A stretch of 64,000 nt of DNA from Gammaproteobacteria bacterium (GTDB lineage: Bacteria > Pseudomonadota > Gammaproteobacteria > Eutrophobiales > Eutrophobiaceae): assembly GCA_965116495.1 (NCBI GenBank), contig OZ220696.1:3424001-3488000 (forward strand), given 5' to 3'. Within the stretch, counting starts at the first letter, position 1, and every line of letters begins with the position of its first letter. The notes beneath the pieces were generated by a model. The model was not told where the DNA came from, ran no database searches, and saw nothing but the letters and a program-made list of their open reading frames with translations. Positions 12,401-22,551 of this stretch are shown here, in pieces. The translations under genes and the position numbers were made by a program.

Positions 12401-12449
12401 GTATGGATAATAGTGAATAGTTATGGACAAATAAACACAGCTTGGATAA
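12401..12449 (+). promoter_or_regulatory. Phased repeat array upstream of etnE
   Basis: GTATGGATAA TAGTGAATAG TTATGGACAA ... GCTTGGATAA. Confidence 0.6.
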
Positions 12450-12578
12450 GATTAAATATAAGTTGAAAAAATGTTTCCCGCATGGACAACAGTGTGTTTG
12501 TCCATCACTCATGGAAACAATAACACGGCCTGGCAGACTACGGGGCCAATAATATCCCGATTTGGGAGGAGGCATAAA

Positions 12579-13691
12579 ATGGCAGAGAGTGATGTGTTAA
12601 TTCCAACAAGCATGGTCGGCAATTATCCCAACCCTCGCTGGTGGGATGCTGATTACGCCAGGTATTTTACCGGTGATCAGAACCCGCCCGATGCGATGTC
12701 CCGGGAAGCCCTGGAAGATGCAATGGCAGCAATTGCCCATGATCAGAACCACGCGGGCCTGGATATTATAGCCGACGGCCGTTTGCAAGGTGATAATTAT
12801 GCCGACGTTGCCGTGTATCATTATTTAAGGCGCATGGGTTATGACCTGTCCGGTGGTTACCTCGGGTTCCCGATCTACAGCCGGTTGCATGCCGGCACGG
12901 TCACGCAGGAAATAAAACGCCGCGGACAGATGATGGTGGAGCAGGCAAGAGCGTTGCGTGAGGTCACGGATAAACCCATCAAGATCCAGTACACGGGCAT
13001 ACAGGTTTTAGCCCAATGCACTAACGACTTGTACTACTCCAACAGCCGTGATCGCGCTATGGACGTTGCCAAGGCCATTAACGAAGATATCCTTGCCGTC
13101 GATGACCTGGGGGCCGATTATATTCAACTGGATGAATTCACCTGGCCTTATTTCTACGAGGATTGGGCTATCGAGGCTTTCAACAGGGCAGTGGAAGGCG
13201 TAAAAAATGCGAAAATCGTCTGCCACATCTGTTGGGGCAACTGGGGCGGCACCCCGGCATATTATCCTGATGATACTGCCGATGCGGGTGATGTCTATGA
13301 TTTAACGAAGCGCGCAGAGGACGCTGATGCACCGAACCCGACTTCATCAGTAGTCCCGCAATCGTATCAGGCAAACATCGATGTATTTAATATTGAAGGC
13401 ATCGGTCGTCTGCCGTTTGAAAATTCGGGTCTGGATATTCTGAAGGAACATCCCATACCGGATAATATGAAGTTCTGGGCAGGTGTAATTGACGTCAAGA
13501 ACACCATAACGGAAACGGCTGAGGATGTGGCTGCCAAGATCCGGCAATTGCTTACTGTAGTCCCTGCTGAACAATTGGGTGTGACGACTGACTGCGGCAT
13601 TATTTTATTGCAGCGATATATTGCGCAGGAAAAATTGTATGCCATGGTGGAAGGCGCCAAGATTGTGCGCGCAGAACTGGGCAAGGCATAA
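12579..13691 (+). CDS. etnE: Epoxyalkane:coenzyme M transferase (MetE-like, Zn)
   Basis: VGNYPNPRWWD N-terminus, HICWGN and TDCG zinc ligands; GGAGGAGG RBS. Confidence 0.92.
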   Translation: MAESDVLIPTSMVGNYPNPRWWDADYARYFTGDQNPPDAMSREALEDAMAAIAHDQNHAGLDIIADGRLQGDNYADVAVYHYLRRMGYDLSGGYLGFPIYSRLHAGTVTQEIKRRGQMMVEQARALREVTDKPIKIQYTGIQVLAQCTNDLYYSNSRDRAMDVAKAINEDILAVDDLGADYIQLDEFTWPYFYEDWAIEAFNRAVEGVKNAKIVCHICWGNWGGTPAYYPDDTADAGDVYDLTKRAEDADAPNPTSSVVPQSYQANIDVFNIEGIGRLPFENSGLDILKEHPIPDNMKFWAGVIDVKNTITETAEDVAAKIRQLLTVVPAEQLGVTTDCGIILLQRYIAQEKLYAMVEGAKIVRAELGKA

Positions 13692-13714
13692 CGGTATCTG
13701 TACGTAGTAAACAT

Positions 13715-13745
13715 GCCGCGGGAACCTGCGACAGGTTTCCGCGGC
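13715..13745 (+). terminator. Strong stem-loop after etnE (terminator or mRNA stabiliser)
   Basis: GCCGCGGGAACCTG-CGA-CAGGTTTCCGCGGC; weak U-tail. Confidence 0.5.
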
Positions 13746-13776
13746 GATGTTTTGCCTTATCCGCTTGTGAAAACTT

Positions 13777-13971
13777 ATGCCTGTATATACCCTGCATTGT
13801 CCTGATTGTAAACGTGTATTCAAAGGCCTTGTTTTAGCCGGCACACGCGAACCTGCAGAGTGGGTGTGTTCAGTTTGCGGAGGAAATAAAGCAACAAGAA
13901 CTAATCCTGAGCAGCGAGAGGAGCACCCCCTGGAGGCAGAACACGGAGCAGGATGCCCTTGTTGTCAATAG
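13777..13971 (+). CDS. Small zinc-ribbon protein (FmdB-like)
   Basis: MPVY..HCPDC...CSVC, C-terminal HGAGCPCC. Confidence 0.75.
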   Translation: MPVYTLHCPDCKRVFKGLVLAGTREPAEWVCSVCGGNKATRTNPEQREEHPLEAEHGAGCPCCQ

Positions 13972-14121
13972 CCCGCCCGGGCGACTGCCAACATCTACAG
14001 AGACGACGAGTGGAAGTCCGCCGCGATTGATGGGCGGCGGTGCCGGCGGGTGCTTCGGATCAGCCAATCCTCGAGCCCCGGGGAACGTCAAAGTTATCAA
14101 TAACACAACGGGAGAATAGAA

Positions 14122-14892
14122 ATGGCTGACAGATTTGGTAACAAGTGTGTGATCATCACAGGAGCGGCGGGTGGTATAGGCTTTGAGGCTGCAAGGATGT
14201 TCGGGCAGGAAGGCGCCCGTGTATGTATCATGGATATAAACGAAGAAGCTGCAGACTCCGCTGTGGATCAACTAAGGAATGAAGGTATAGATGCAGTCGC
14301 ATTTCAACTTGATGTGACGGATGAGGCTGCAGTCGGACATGTTTTTGCCGGCGCGGTGGAAAACTTCTCCGGAAAAGTTGATATTCTTGTCAACAATGCA
14401 GGAATCGCTGATTTTGGTTCCGTTGAGACAACCGATACGGCAATATGGCGGCGTATCATGGATGTCAATGTCACCGCGACCTATTTTTGCTCGCGCGCCG
14501 TCCTGCCGGTTATGCGGAAACATGGCGGCGGCGCCATCGTCAACTTTGGTTCTGTTGCGGGTCATGCAGGGATCAACAATATGGCGGCATATTGCAGCGC
14601 GAAAGCTGCCGTGATCGGGCTGACAAAACAAATGGCGGCGCAATATTCGGCTGAAGGCATCCGGGTTAACTGCGTGAGCCCGGGTACGGTGGCAACAACG
14701 GCGATGGGTCACCAGTTACTTGGCAGCGATACGTCGGACGAGGCACAGAGGCGGCGCCTGTCCAAGTACCCGATAGGGCGCTTTGGTGAACCTGGGGAAA
14801 TCGCCCGGGCAGTATTATTCCTGGCTTCTGAAGAAGCGAGTTTTTGCTGTGGTTCTGATTTTGCGGTAGACGGCGGTATGACCGCTATTTAG
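14122..14892 (+). CDS. xecE: 2-(S)-hydroxypropyl-CoM dehydrogenase (SDR)
   Basis: TGAAGGIG, NNAG, YxxxK; RRLSKYPIGR matches the recalled Arg/Lys sulfonate-binding pair of S-HPCDH. Confidence 0.72.
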   Translation: MADRFGNKCVIITGAAGGIGFEAARMFGQEGARVCIMDINEEAADSAVDQLRNEGIDAVAFQLDVTDEAAVGHVFAGAVENFSGKVDILVNNAGIADFGSVETTDTAIWRRIMDVNVTATYFCSRAVLPVMRKHGGGAIVNFGSVAGHAGINNMAAYCSAKAAVIGLTKQMAAQYSAEGIRVNCVSPGTVATTAMGHQLLGSDTSDEAQRRRLSKYPIGRFGEPGEIARAVLFLASEEASFCCGSDFAVDGGMTAI

Positions 14893-15080
14893 CCCGGATT
14901 TCTCGCCAGGACAGCCGATTTGCACAGCGACAGCTGCCCGAAGGGTTGCGGCCTGGGATGGACGCAATGAACGCATCAAGCGCAGTCTGTAATGACGGAA
15001 TATTGGGAATATTGCCATAACTTATTGACAGCAAACATGTATCTGATAGCAACCAGCGACCTGGTGAGAAATCCGGGTTA
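14890..15080. mobile_element. MITE family A, copy 2 (191 bp, inverted relative to copy 1)
   Basis: TIR TAGCCCGGATTTCTCGCCAGG / CCTGGTGAGAAATCCGGGTTA (19/21). Confidence 0.78.
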
Positions 15081-15089
15081 AAGGAGGTA

Positions 15090-16016
15090 TTGGTGTACAC
15101 ATACGAGAATAAGGAATGCAGTCTCAGGGAGCTGGTCAGTCACGTCAAGCGTGATGACTGTGTCGCGGTAGGCGGCGGTTTGTCCTGGCGCGAGCCCATG
15201 GCCGCGCTGCGCGAGTTGATCCGCCAGGGTACCGGCAATCTTACGGTTGTGGGTTCCGCCCACGGTATCGACATCGACCTTTTATGCGGCGCAGGGCTGG
15301 TCGCCGTAAGCGGTGAATCCTACGTGGGGTTTGAACAGGATTTCGGCATGGCGCCAAATTATCGGCGCGCCTGCGAATCCGGGCAGGTGCGGGTGGCCGA
15401 CAGTTGTTGTTATACCCTGGTGCAACAGTTGCGGGCAGCAATAGCCGGCATACCGTTTATGCCGATGCGCTCGGTCCAGGGCAGCAGCTTTATGAATTTG
15501 CACCCTGAATACAAAACCATGACCTGTCCTTATAGCGGTGATGAACTGGTCCTGGTGCCGGCATTACAACCCGATATCGCCATACTCCACGCACAATATG
15601 CCGACAAACACGGGAATTTGCATATTGAAGGTCCGCCGGTTGCTGATATCCTGTCCGCCAAGGCGGCCAGGAAGGTGATTGCGACGGTGGAAAAAATCAT
15701 CCCCCGGGAAGAGTTGACGAGAAAAGGCGTCACCATCCCCTATTTCTATGTGACCGCAATAAGCGAGGTAGCCTACGGTGCGCACCCGACCTCCTGTTAC
15801 CCTTTTTATGCCTATGATCGGGAGCATACCTCGCGGTATTATGAGGCGGCCAGGGTCAGCCGGGAAACGTTTGCCGAGTCGTATCTGCAACCCTACATAT
15901 TCAACATTTCTTCCAATGAAGATTACATCAGCGCCGTTGGCGGTGAAGAAAGACTGAAAAAACTGCGCGAATGGAATAGCGGCGCCCAACAATGGATGGC
16001 TCTCTATGCTGGATAA
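15090..16016 (+). CDS. CoA-transferase subunit A (GctA-like)
   Basis: REPMAALRELIRQG, LRAAIAGIPF, PDIAILHAQYAD, GAHPTSC. Confidence 0.88.
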   Translation: MVYTYENKECSLRELVSHVKRDDCVAVGGGLSWREPMAALRELIRQGTGNLTVVGSAHGIDIDLLCGAGLVAVSGESYVGFEQDFGMAPNYRRACESGQVRVADSCCYTLVQQLRAAIAGIPFMPMRSVQGSSFMNLHPEYKTMTCPYSGDELVLVPALQPDIAILHAQYADKHGNLHIEGPPVADILSAKAARKVIATVEKIIPREELTRKGVTIPYFYVTAISEVAYGAHPTSCYPFYAYDREHTSRYYEAARVSRETFAESYLQPYIFNISSNEDYISAVGGEERLKKLREWNSGAQQWMALYAG

Positions 16017-16866
16017 GACCAGACCGGTATCTTGCACCCTGGGTGAGTTGTTGATATATCAACTCTCACTGACTGTTAATGATGGCATTCTTGCCTTTCA
16101 CGGCTTCGGTTCCCCGCTGGTTCAACTGGCCTTGCACCTGGCCAAACGCAATCATGCCCCCAACATGGTATTGATTGCCGGCGCCACCTACGGCGTAAAC
16201 CCGAACCCACCTTTCCTGACACCCACGTCAAATGACTGGGTTATGAGTCAGGAAGCCGAATGTTTCCTGGATATCGAGGAGTTGTTTGATATCGGCGCCA
16301 GCGGGCGCCTGGGCCGGATGTTCCTGTCCGGTTTGCAGATTGATAAATGGGGCAATATGAACGTGACCCGCCTGGGCGGCGATGACAGCTTGAAACTGAA
16401 ATTACCGGGTGGGGGAGGGGGCTGCAACCTGTCCTGCGACGTCGAAAACATAACGATATGGACAGGCGCACACAGGGCGCCGGCTGATGACAGAGGCCGC
16501 AGGCGTTTTCGCCTGGTTGATACCTGTGATTTTATCACCAGCGTCGGCCACCGTACCGTCGATGATCAGGCGCGTGACGAAATGCCTTACCGGGGCGGTG
16601 GTCCTGATTGCATTATCACCGACCTGGGTGTCTTTGATTTTGATGATTCCGGCCATGCACGCCTGGCTGCCGTCTACCCGGATACTGATGCAGATCTGGT
16701 CCGGGAAAATACGGAATTTACCTTCCCGCTGGGGGAAGACCTCTCAATGGTCGATCTGCCGTCACCGGACATGATTGAATTTATCAGGGCAATGGACCCG
16801 ATGAAAATTCACCATCGGGAACTCAGACGGAGTGATCACGGCCGGACATTTGATCTGGCAGTCTGA
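16006..16866 (+). CDS. CoA-transferase subunit B (GctB-like)
   Basis: FLSGLQIDKWGNMN, LPGGGG, DFITSVG, ITDLGVFDF. Confidence 0.88.
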   Translation: MLDKTRPVSCTLGELLIYQLSLTVNDGILAFHGFGSPLVQLALHLAKRNHAPNMVLIAGATYGVNPNPPFLTPTSNDWVMSQEAECFLDIEELFDIGASGRLGRMFLSGLQIDKWGNMNVTRLGGDDSLKLKLPGGGGGCNLSCDVENITIWTGAHRAPADDRGRRRFRLVDTCDFITSVGHRTVDDQARDEMPYRGGGPDCIITDLGVFDFDDSGHARLAAVYPDTDADLVRENTEFTFPLGEDLSMVDLPSPDMIEFIRAMDPMKIHHRELRRSDHGRTFDLAV

Positions 16867-16886
16867 ATACCGGCTCGGAGCGAACA

Positions 16887-17801
16887 ATGGGCGGTGAAAT
16901 ATTACAGACAGGAGGTCTCAGACAACAACTGAATTTTGTTCCCCTGCCTTATCGCCGCGTCAGTTTCCAGCCATACAACGGCGCAATGACTGCGACTGGT
17001 ATTGAGAATCACATCAGCTCCCGTGAAGTCTACCGCCGTACAGACATCATCGTATTGCATAATGACGAGCAGGAATATGCGGTGGTTGCGGTTCAACGAG
17101 AATCCTCCGCAGATCTGTTCAACCGTGTTGATAAAGTAGAAGTCCTGGCGCTGCCGGAGGACTGTATTTTTCTGGAAAGCCCGGGGACGGACCCGGCTAA
17201 CCGCTCCGCCCTGGCAAAACTGGCAGTCGATAACAATGTGTCCAGTGACAAAACGGTCATTGTAGTGGGCACGTTTGACCACGTGAATATCATCCATCGC
17301 CCGGACCCGCTGATACTGCGCGTAGTAGAGGTAGTACCGCCGGAGCCGCCCAAGTTGTACCACATGGTGGAACAGGTGCTGGGCTATGCCGACCTGCCTC
17401 CCGTTGTGCCCCGGCTGGAACAGATCGAACTCGTCGAGTTATGTAAATCCGTCACGCCCGAGGCCTACCTGGTGCCCTGCCGTTCGGGCGGGCTGGACGA
17501 CCTGGGCGCGCCGGTATTTTTTCTGGATGAACGCCCGGAAAAAAGGGAAAACTGGACCCTGGTGGGCTGTGAGCGGAGTCTGCAGTTTCACCGGCATTAT
17601 TACGATGATGAACCGCCGCAGGTGGAGATGTGTCCGCGCCGCATAGTAAACAGGGACGGTGAAAAAACCATATTGAAATGTTGCCTGCTGGAATTTGACG
17701 TCGAGCAGGAGGGCGAACTGGCAGTGGTTCCATGGGGCGCCGACCTGCCCATGGTGGAACGGGCATTGAGAGAGATATCCAGGGGTGTGAATTATGCCTG
17801 A
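16887..17801 (+). CDS. Hypothetical Cys-rich protein overlapping comA
   Basis: 304 aa; PCRS, GCERS..FH, MCP, CC motifs; 8-bp overlap with comA. Confidence 0.7.
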   Translation: MGGEILQTGGLRQQLNFVPLPYRRVSFQPYNGAMTATGIENHISSREVYRRTDIIVLHNDEQEYAVVAVQRESSADLFNRVDKVEVLALPEDCIFLESPGTDPANRSALAKLAVDNNVSSDKTVIVVGTFDHVNIIHRPDPLILRVVEVVPPEPPKLYHMVEQVLGYADLPPVVPRLEQIELVELCKSVTPEAYLVPCRSGGLDDLGAPVFFLDERPEKRENWTLVGCERSLQFHRHYYDDEPPQVEMCPRRIVNRDGEKTILKCCLLEFDVEQEGELAVVPWGADLPMVERALREISRGVNYA

Positions 17802-18660
17802 ACTGGCCTGGAGCAGGATCATCAAGAGCACACGCGACCCCCGCACCGATAAACCGCGCCGGCAGGGAATTACCATGGTGAACGATACCGGGAGCGGCCT
17901 GTATGAAACCAGGGACGCGTTGTCGATTTCATCACACCTGACGGATTTGTGGAAATTCAGCTTCGGTACATCGGCATTCATGGACAGGCGGGTGGTCATG
18001 GAAAAACTTGAGCTGCTCAACAGCAATAACATACTGACTTTCCCGGGAGGCACCCTGCTGGAAGTCGCGCTGGTTGAACACCACTGCCGCGTCTACATGC
18101 ACCACGCAAAGAAACTGGGCTTCAAGGCGGTCGAGATTTCCGATGGAACCATATCCATTCCGCGCTTTCGAAGAAAAAATATTATTGATTGTGCGCTGAG
18201 CGCAGGCCTTGTTGCGATCACCGAAGTCGGAAAAAAAGACCCTAAACGGCAGCCGACGAGCGAACAACTGGCAACGGAGGCGCTGGAAGACCTGGAATGG
18301 GGAGCCGAATGGGTCATTGTCGAAGGAAGGGAAAGTGGAGTAGGGATCGGTATATACGATGAGTATGGCCATGTGGAAGAGATCGAGGTAGACAGGATTT
18401 TGGAAATTATGGGAGATAAGATAAATCGGCTGATCTGGGAGGCGCCGCTGAGGTCGCAACAATCGTTCCTGATAGAACGCTTTGGAAGTAATGTCAATAT
18501 CGGCAATATCGAATGCAACGAAGTCCTGGCCCTGGAAGCGCTTAGAAATGGCCTGAGATTTGAAACATTGCATGGCGTTACGAAGGACCTGATGAAAAGC
18601 GGTCGTTGGGACCCCAATGAAGTTGAGCCTGACAGTACGGATGTCAAGGGTACCGACTGA
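17794..18660 (+). CDS. comA: Phosphosulfolactate synthase (ComA/XcbB)
   Basis: KPRRQGITMV, KFSFGT, GGTLLE, EISDGT, EVGKK, VEGRESG, WEAP. Confidence 0.93.
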   Translation: MPELAWSRIIKSTRDPRTDKPRRQGITMVNDTGSGLYETRDALSISSHLTDLWKFSFGTSAFMDRRVVMEKLELLNSNNILTFPGGTLLEVALVEHHCRVYMHHAKKLGFKAVEISDGTISIPRFRRKNIIDCALSAGLVAITEVGKKDPKRQPTSEQLATEALEDLEWGAEWVIVEGRESGVGIGIYDEYGHVEEIEVDRILEIMGDKINRLIWEAPLRSQQSFLIERFGSNVNIGNIECNEVLALEALRNGLRFETLHGVTKDLMKSGRWDPNEVEPDSTDVKGTD

Positions 18661-18667
18661 AAAATCA

Positions 18668-20176
18668 ATGGGCAAATCCCATACTCCAGGGAAAAGCGGC
18701 CAGGCGGTTCTTGAGCGGGACAGACTGAAATCAGCGCCGGCAGCCAGCCTGGTAGGTTCCGCTTTCTCACAGGAACTCAAACAACAACTGGGCCTGTTTT
18801 CCGCCATGGGACTGGTTGACCTGGCCTATACGATTACCGGGATAAATACCGGTATCATCCCCGCCGGGAAGGGAGGCGAACTGTTGGCAGAGTTACTCGA
18901 ATTACATTCACGGCCGAACAGTTTTACCCCCGGGCCGGAAGCAGGCGATTTATATACCAACAGGGAAGCATGGTTACGGCAACGGACGGATTCGGTCGGG
19001 TGGCTCGGCGCAGGAAGAGCGCGGCGGGAAGCGACAACCTCTGCTTTCCATGTTTTACTGAGACGGCTGCTGCTGGAATTACTTGCTTCACTTGCTGAAT
19101 TCGGACAGGCGCTGAAGCAACGGGCAGGAAACTTCAAGCAGGCGTATGTACCGGATTACACTTACCTGCAGGCGGCGCAGCCGACAACCTTCGGCCATTA
19201 CCTGGCCGGCTTTGTCTTCCCCGTACTCAGGGATTGCGAACGGATTCAACAACTGTATCGCCGCGTCAATTCCAGTCCGATGGGCTGCGGCAGTACCACG
19301 GGTTCGCGACTGGCCGTAGACAGGCGGCAAATGGCGGATTTGCTCGGCTTTGATGCCCTGAGCATCCACACCCGCGATGCGATGTGGCAACCCGATATAC
19401 CCATCGAAAGCGCAGCCGTATTCTGTAGTTGCGCAGTGAATATGAGCCGCCTGGCTGAAGACCTGCAAATATTTTCCAGCCAGGGATTTGTCCTGGTGGA
19501 ACTGGCGGACCAGCATGCCCGCGCCAGCAGGATCATGCCCCAGAAGAAAAACCCGTTTGCGCTGACACATGTCCGCAGCGTATGCAATGAACTGATGGGG
19601 TTGATGACTTCCGTGAACGCCATGGCAAGGACCCCGACAGGACAACCTGATAACAGGCTGTGGATATACGGCGCCGTACCCGATGCCGTATCCAACCTGA
19701 TTAATGCCGTCTACCTGATGACCGACGTGGTCCTGAATATGGAGTTGAAGCATGAACGCGCAAGAGAACTCCTGGATGATCCTTCGATCATGGCGACCGA
19801 TTTGGCGGAAACCCTGGTTCTGCGCGGCGAAATCGACTATCGGAGCGCCTATGAACTGGTCGCAAGCCTGTTCCATGGGGGCACGGAAGGCGGAATAAAC
19901 AATATCAATGCGTCAATTCTCAAGCAGGCGGCTGCATCAGTTCTGGGCCGTGAAATATCGATCAGTGACGAGGATATCAAACAGGCGCTGGACCCTGGCC
20001 TGGCCTTGGAAGCGCACACCGAACCGGGTACTCCGGCGCTGGGATCAATGGATGAAATGCTGGAAGGCTGTGGGAAGGAATTGCAACTGATCGGGGAAAA
20101 CGCAGAGCAGGGCAAACAGCGTCTGCTGCGCATTGAAAAGCAGTTGCTGGACACGACGCGGCAGTACCCGGGGTAA
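18668..20176 (+). CDS. xcbC: Argininosuccinate-lyase-like CoM biosynthesis protein
   Basis: Fumarase/aspartase superfamily; YTYLQAAQP (His replaced by Tyr), ASRIMPQKKNP; follows comA; start uncertain. Confidence 0.78.
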   Translation: MGKSHTPGKSGQAVLERDRLKSAPAASLVGSAFSQELKQQLGLFSAMGLVDLAYTITGINTGIIPAGKGGELLAELLELHSRPNSFTPGPEAGDLYTNREAWLRQRTDSVGWLGAGRARREATTSAFHVLLRRLLLELLASLAEFGQALKQRAGNFKQAYVPDYTYLQAAQPTTFGHYLAGFVFPVLRDCERIQQLYRRVNSSPMGCGSTTGSRLAVDRRQMADLLGFDALSIHTRDAMWQPDIPIESAAVFCSCAVNMSRLAEDLQIFSSQGFVLVELADQHARASRIMPQKKNPFALTHVRSVCNELMGLMTSVNAMARTPTGQPDNRLWIYGAVPDAVSNLINAVYLMTDVVLNMELKHERARELLDDPSIMATDLAETLVLRGEIDYRSAYELVASLFHGGTEGGINNINASILKQAAASVLGREISISDEDIKQALDPGLALEAHTEPGTPALGSMDEMLEGCGKELQLIGENAEQGKQRLLRIEKQLLDTTRQYPG

Positions 20177-20183
20177 AGACGGA

Positions 20184-21539
20184 ATGGTTACGCATATCAG
20201 TGATTTCACCATTTACGGTTCGTCATGGACTACGCCCGAAACCAGGGAACTGTTCTCGGAAACAGGCCTGGTGCGCGGTTGGATGGAAGTGATGACCGTC
20301 CTGGCGGAAGCCCAGGCAGAGCACGAATTGATACCTGTTGAAGCGGCCCGGGGGATCCGTACAACTTTCGAGAACTTGGTTGTCGATGAAGAGTTTTTAA
20401 CTGAGGCGGGAGAGGATTTCAGGAAGACCAACCATTCACTGATCGGTCTGATCAAGGCAATGCAAAAGAGATGTGGCGACCCTGGGGAATGGCTGTGCTA
20501 CGGAGCGACGGTTCACGATATTACGGATACCCATATGTGCAGGACCCTGGTTGCCGTCCTGGACCTGTTTGTGAAACGTGTCATACAGGTAGAAAAGTAC
20601 CTTGTTGCGCTGGCCCTGGAACACAAGGACACGGCAATGTGCGGCCGTACCCATGGTCAAATCGGGTTACCTGTCACATTCGGCTACAAGGCCGCGAACT
20701 GGCTTGATGAGTTTGAACGCCACCGGCAGCGGTTGCGTGATATGAGGTTCCGGCTGGCAGTCGGCCAGCTTGCCGGCGGGGTTGGCAGTCTGTCATCCCT
20801 GGGTCCCCGGGCGCAGGCTATCCAGGAGGCGTTTTGCGGGAAGCTGGGTCTTTCGCCGCCACCCATCTCCTGGACGACCACCCGGGACCGTTATGCCGAG
20901 TGGTTGAACAACCTGGCGTTAATTGGCGCCAGCGGGGACCGTATCGGTCAGGAGATTTATAACTTGCAGCGGCCGGAAATCGGTGAGGTCGCCGAGGGTT
21001 TTATCAGCGGCACCGTGGGCAGTATTACCATGCCGCAAAAAAGGAACCCGGAAATATCCGAACACCTGGGCACCTTGTCCCGCCTGGTGCGTCATCATGC
21101 TGCCTGGATGATGGAAAACCTGGTCCATGATCACGAGCGTGACGGCAGGTCGTGGAAAGGTGAGTGGCTGATCATACCGGAGAGCAGCCTGGTAACCGAT
21201 AAAGTGCTGGTATTGCTGCAATCACTGTTGTCGAACCTGGTAGTCAATAAAGAAAGAATGCTGGAGAACCTGGCAGGCACCAACGGCATGATTTATTCGG
21301 AAGCGGTTATGCTTAAACTGTCGGCCAGGACAGGTAAACAGACAGCCCACCGGTATGTTTATGACTGCGCCATGCAGGCGCACGAAACAGGCCGTCACCT
21401 GAAAACGATCCTGGTTGAGGATGCGGATGTCGCGCAATGGCTCAGCCCCGCTGAACTGGATGAATGCTTTGAATTGAACAACAGCACAGGTCATTGTTCC
21501 GCCATGGTGGAGCGGATGGTCGCAGGGATAGATTTGTAA
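20184..21539 (+). CDS. xcbD: Adenylosuccinate-lyase-like CoM biosynthesis protein
   Basis: GRTHGQ, GSITMPQKRNP, HERDG; position in the cluster. Confidence 0.78.
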   Translation: MVTHISDFTIYGSSWTTPETRELFSETGLVRGWMEVMTVLAEAQAEHELIPVEAARGIRTTFENLVVDEEFLTEAGEDFRKTNHSLIGLIKAMQKRCGDPGEWLCYGATVHDITDTHMCRTLVAVLDLFVKRVIQVEKYLVALALEHKDTAMCGRTHGQIGLPVTFGYKAANWLDEFERHRQRLRDMRFRLAVGQLAGGVGSLSSLGPRAQAIQEAFCGKLGLSPPPISWTTTRDRYAEWLNNLALIGASGDRIGQEIYNLQRPEIGEVAEGFISGTVGSITMPQKRNPEISEHLGTLSRLVRHHAAWMMENLVHDHERDGRSWKGEWLIIPESSLVTDKVLVLLQSLLSNLVVNKERMLENLAGTNGMIYSEAVMLKLSARTGKQTAHRYVYDCAMQAHETGRHLKTILVEDADVAQWLSPAELDECFELNNSTGHCSAMVERMVAGIDL

Positions 21540-22543
21540 TGAGTTCATCATTTGACGATATCATCAATAAAATCCCGCGCTACCACCTGGCCCGGTATCC
21601 CACTCCACTGATACAGGCCGAACTGCTACGAAAGGAAATCGGAGGACCGGATATCTGGTTCAAACGGGACGATTTAATCAGTTTCGCCATGGGTGGCAAC
21701 AAGGTGCGCGGACTGGAGGTGATATTGCAGGATGCAGTAAATAACCGCGCCGACACCCTGGTCACCGGCGCCGGCGTGCAGTCCAACCATGTCCGGGCAA
21801 CCGCCGCAGTCGCCGCCTACAAAAAACTGGACTGTGTCGCCATTTACTGGGGTGATGAGCCGGGGTCGGTCGATGGAAATTATCGTGTAACGAAAATGCT
21901 CGGCGCAGAGATTCGATTCACCGGAAACCCCGAAAGGAGTTCAGTTGACGGCTATATCAGTGCCGTGGCAGACGATCTGAAAAGTCGGGGAAAGCGTCCT
22001 TATCCCATACCGAGGGGCGGCGCTTGTGCCATGGGGGCGCTGGGCCATGTCATCGCAGTGCGGGAACTCCAGTTACAATGCGAACAATACGGTATCGAAC
22101 CGGACGCAATCGTCTTTCCATTGGGCTCCGGCGGCACTTACGCCGGTTGGTTGTTGGGACTGCGGTTGCTTGGGCTTGACTGGCAGATAGAATGCTTTAC
22201 GGTCAGTAGAGAGCCGGATGAAGTGGCCGGGCAGGTCGCAATACTGGCAACGGAAGCGGCAAGCCTGCTTGATATGGATATCAGCTTCACAAAGGCAGAC
22301 GCGCCGGTTCATGGCGGCTTCATAGGTGAGGGTTACGGAATCCCGAGCCCCGAAGGCGCTGCAGCAATTCGGACTACGAGCAGATCTGCAGGGCTGCTTC
22401 TGGATCCTACCTATACAGGCAAGGCCATGGCCGGCTACCTCGATGGCTTGCATCGGGGAAAATTCAATCACTACCAAACCGTAGTATTCATTCATACCGG
22501 CGGTGAACCGGCATTTTTTGCCGGTGACGGGGAATGGCTATGA
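21539..22543 (+). CDS. xcbE: PLP-dependent D-cysteine desulfhydrase-like CoM biosynthesis enzyme
   Basis: KRDD..GGNKVR, QSNH, LDPTYTGKA, HTGG; TAATG coupling to xcbD. Confidence 0.8.
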   Translation: MSSSFDDIINKIPRYHLARYPTPLIQAELLRKEIGGPDIWFKRDDLISFAMGGNKVRGLEVILQDAVNNRADTLVTGAGVQSNHVRATAAVAAYKKLDCVAIYWGDEPGSVDGNYRVTKMLGAEIRFTGNPERSSVDGYISAVADDLKSRGKRPYPIPRGGACAMGALGHVIAVRELQLQCEQYGIEPDAIVFPLGSGGTYAGWLLGLRLLGLDWQIECFTVSREPDEVAGQVAILATEAASLLDMDISFTKADAPVHGGFIGEGYGIPSPEGAAAIRTTSRSAGLLLDPTYTGKAMAGYLDGLHRGKFNHYQTVVFIHTGGEPAFFAGDGEWL

Positions 22544-22551
22544 CTATCCCC

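Noticed and set aside
12579-13691. Cobalamin-independent methionine synthase
   Set aside because: Same fold, but the GNYPNPRWWD/HICWGN motifs and CoM context indicate EtnE.
13969-14100. Third MITE-A copy or structured RNA
   Set aside because: Only 7 bp (TAGCCCG) match the TIR, there is no right end, and short GC hairpins are not enough evidence.
18668-21539. Housekeeping argH and purB
   Set aside because: Catalytic motifs are altered and the genes sit between comA and a desulfhydrase, matching xcbC/xcbD.
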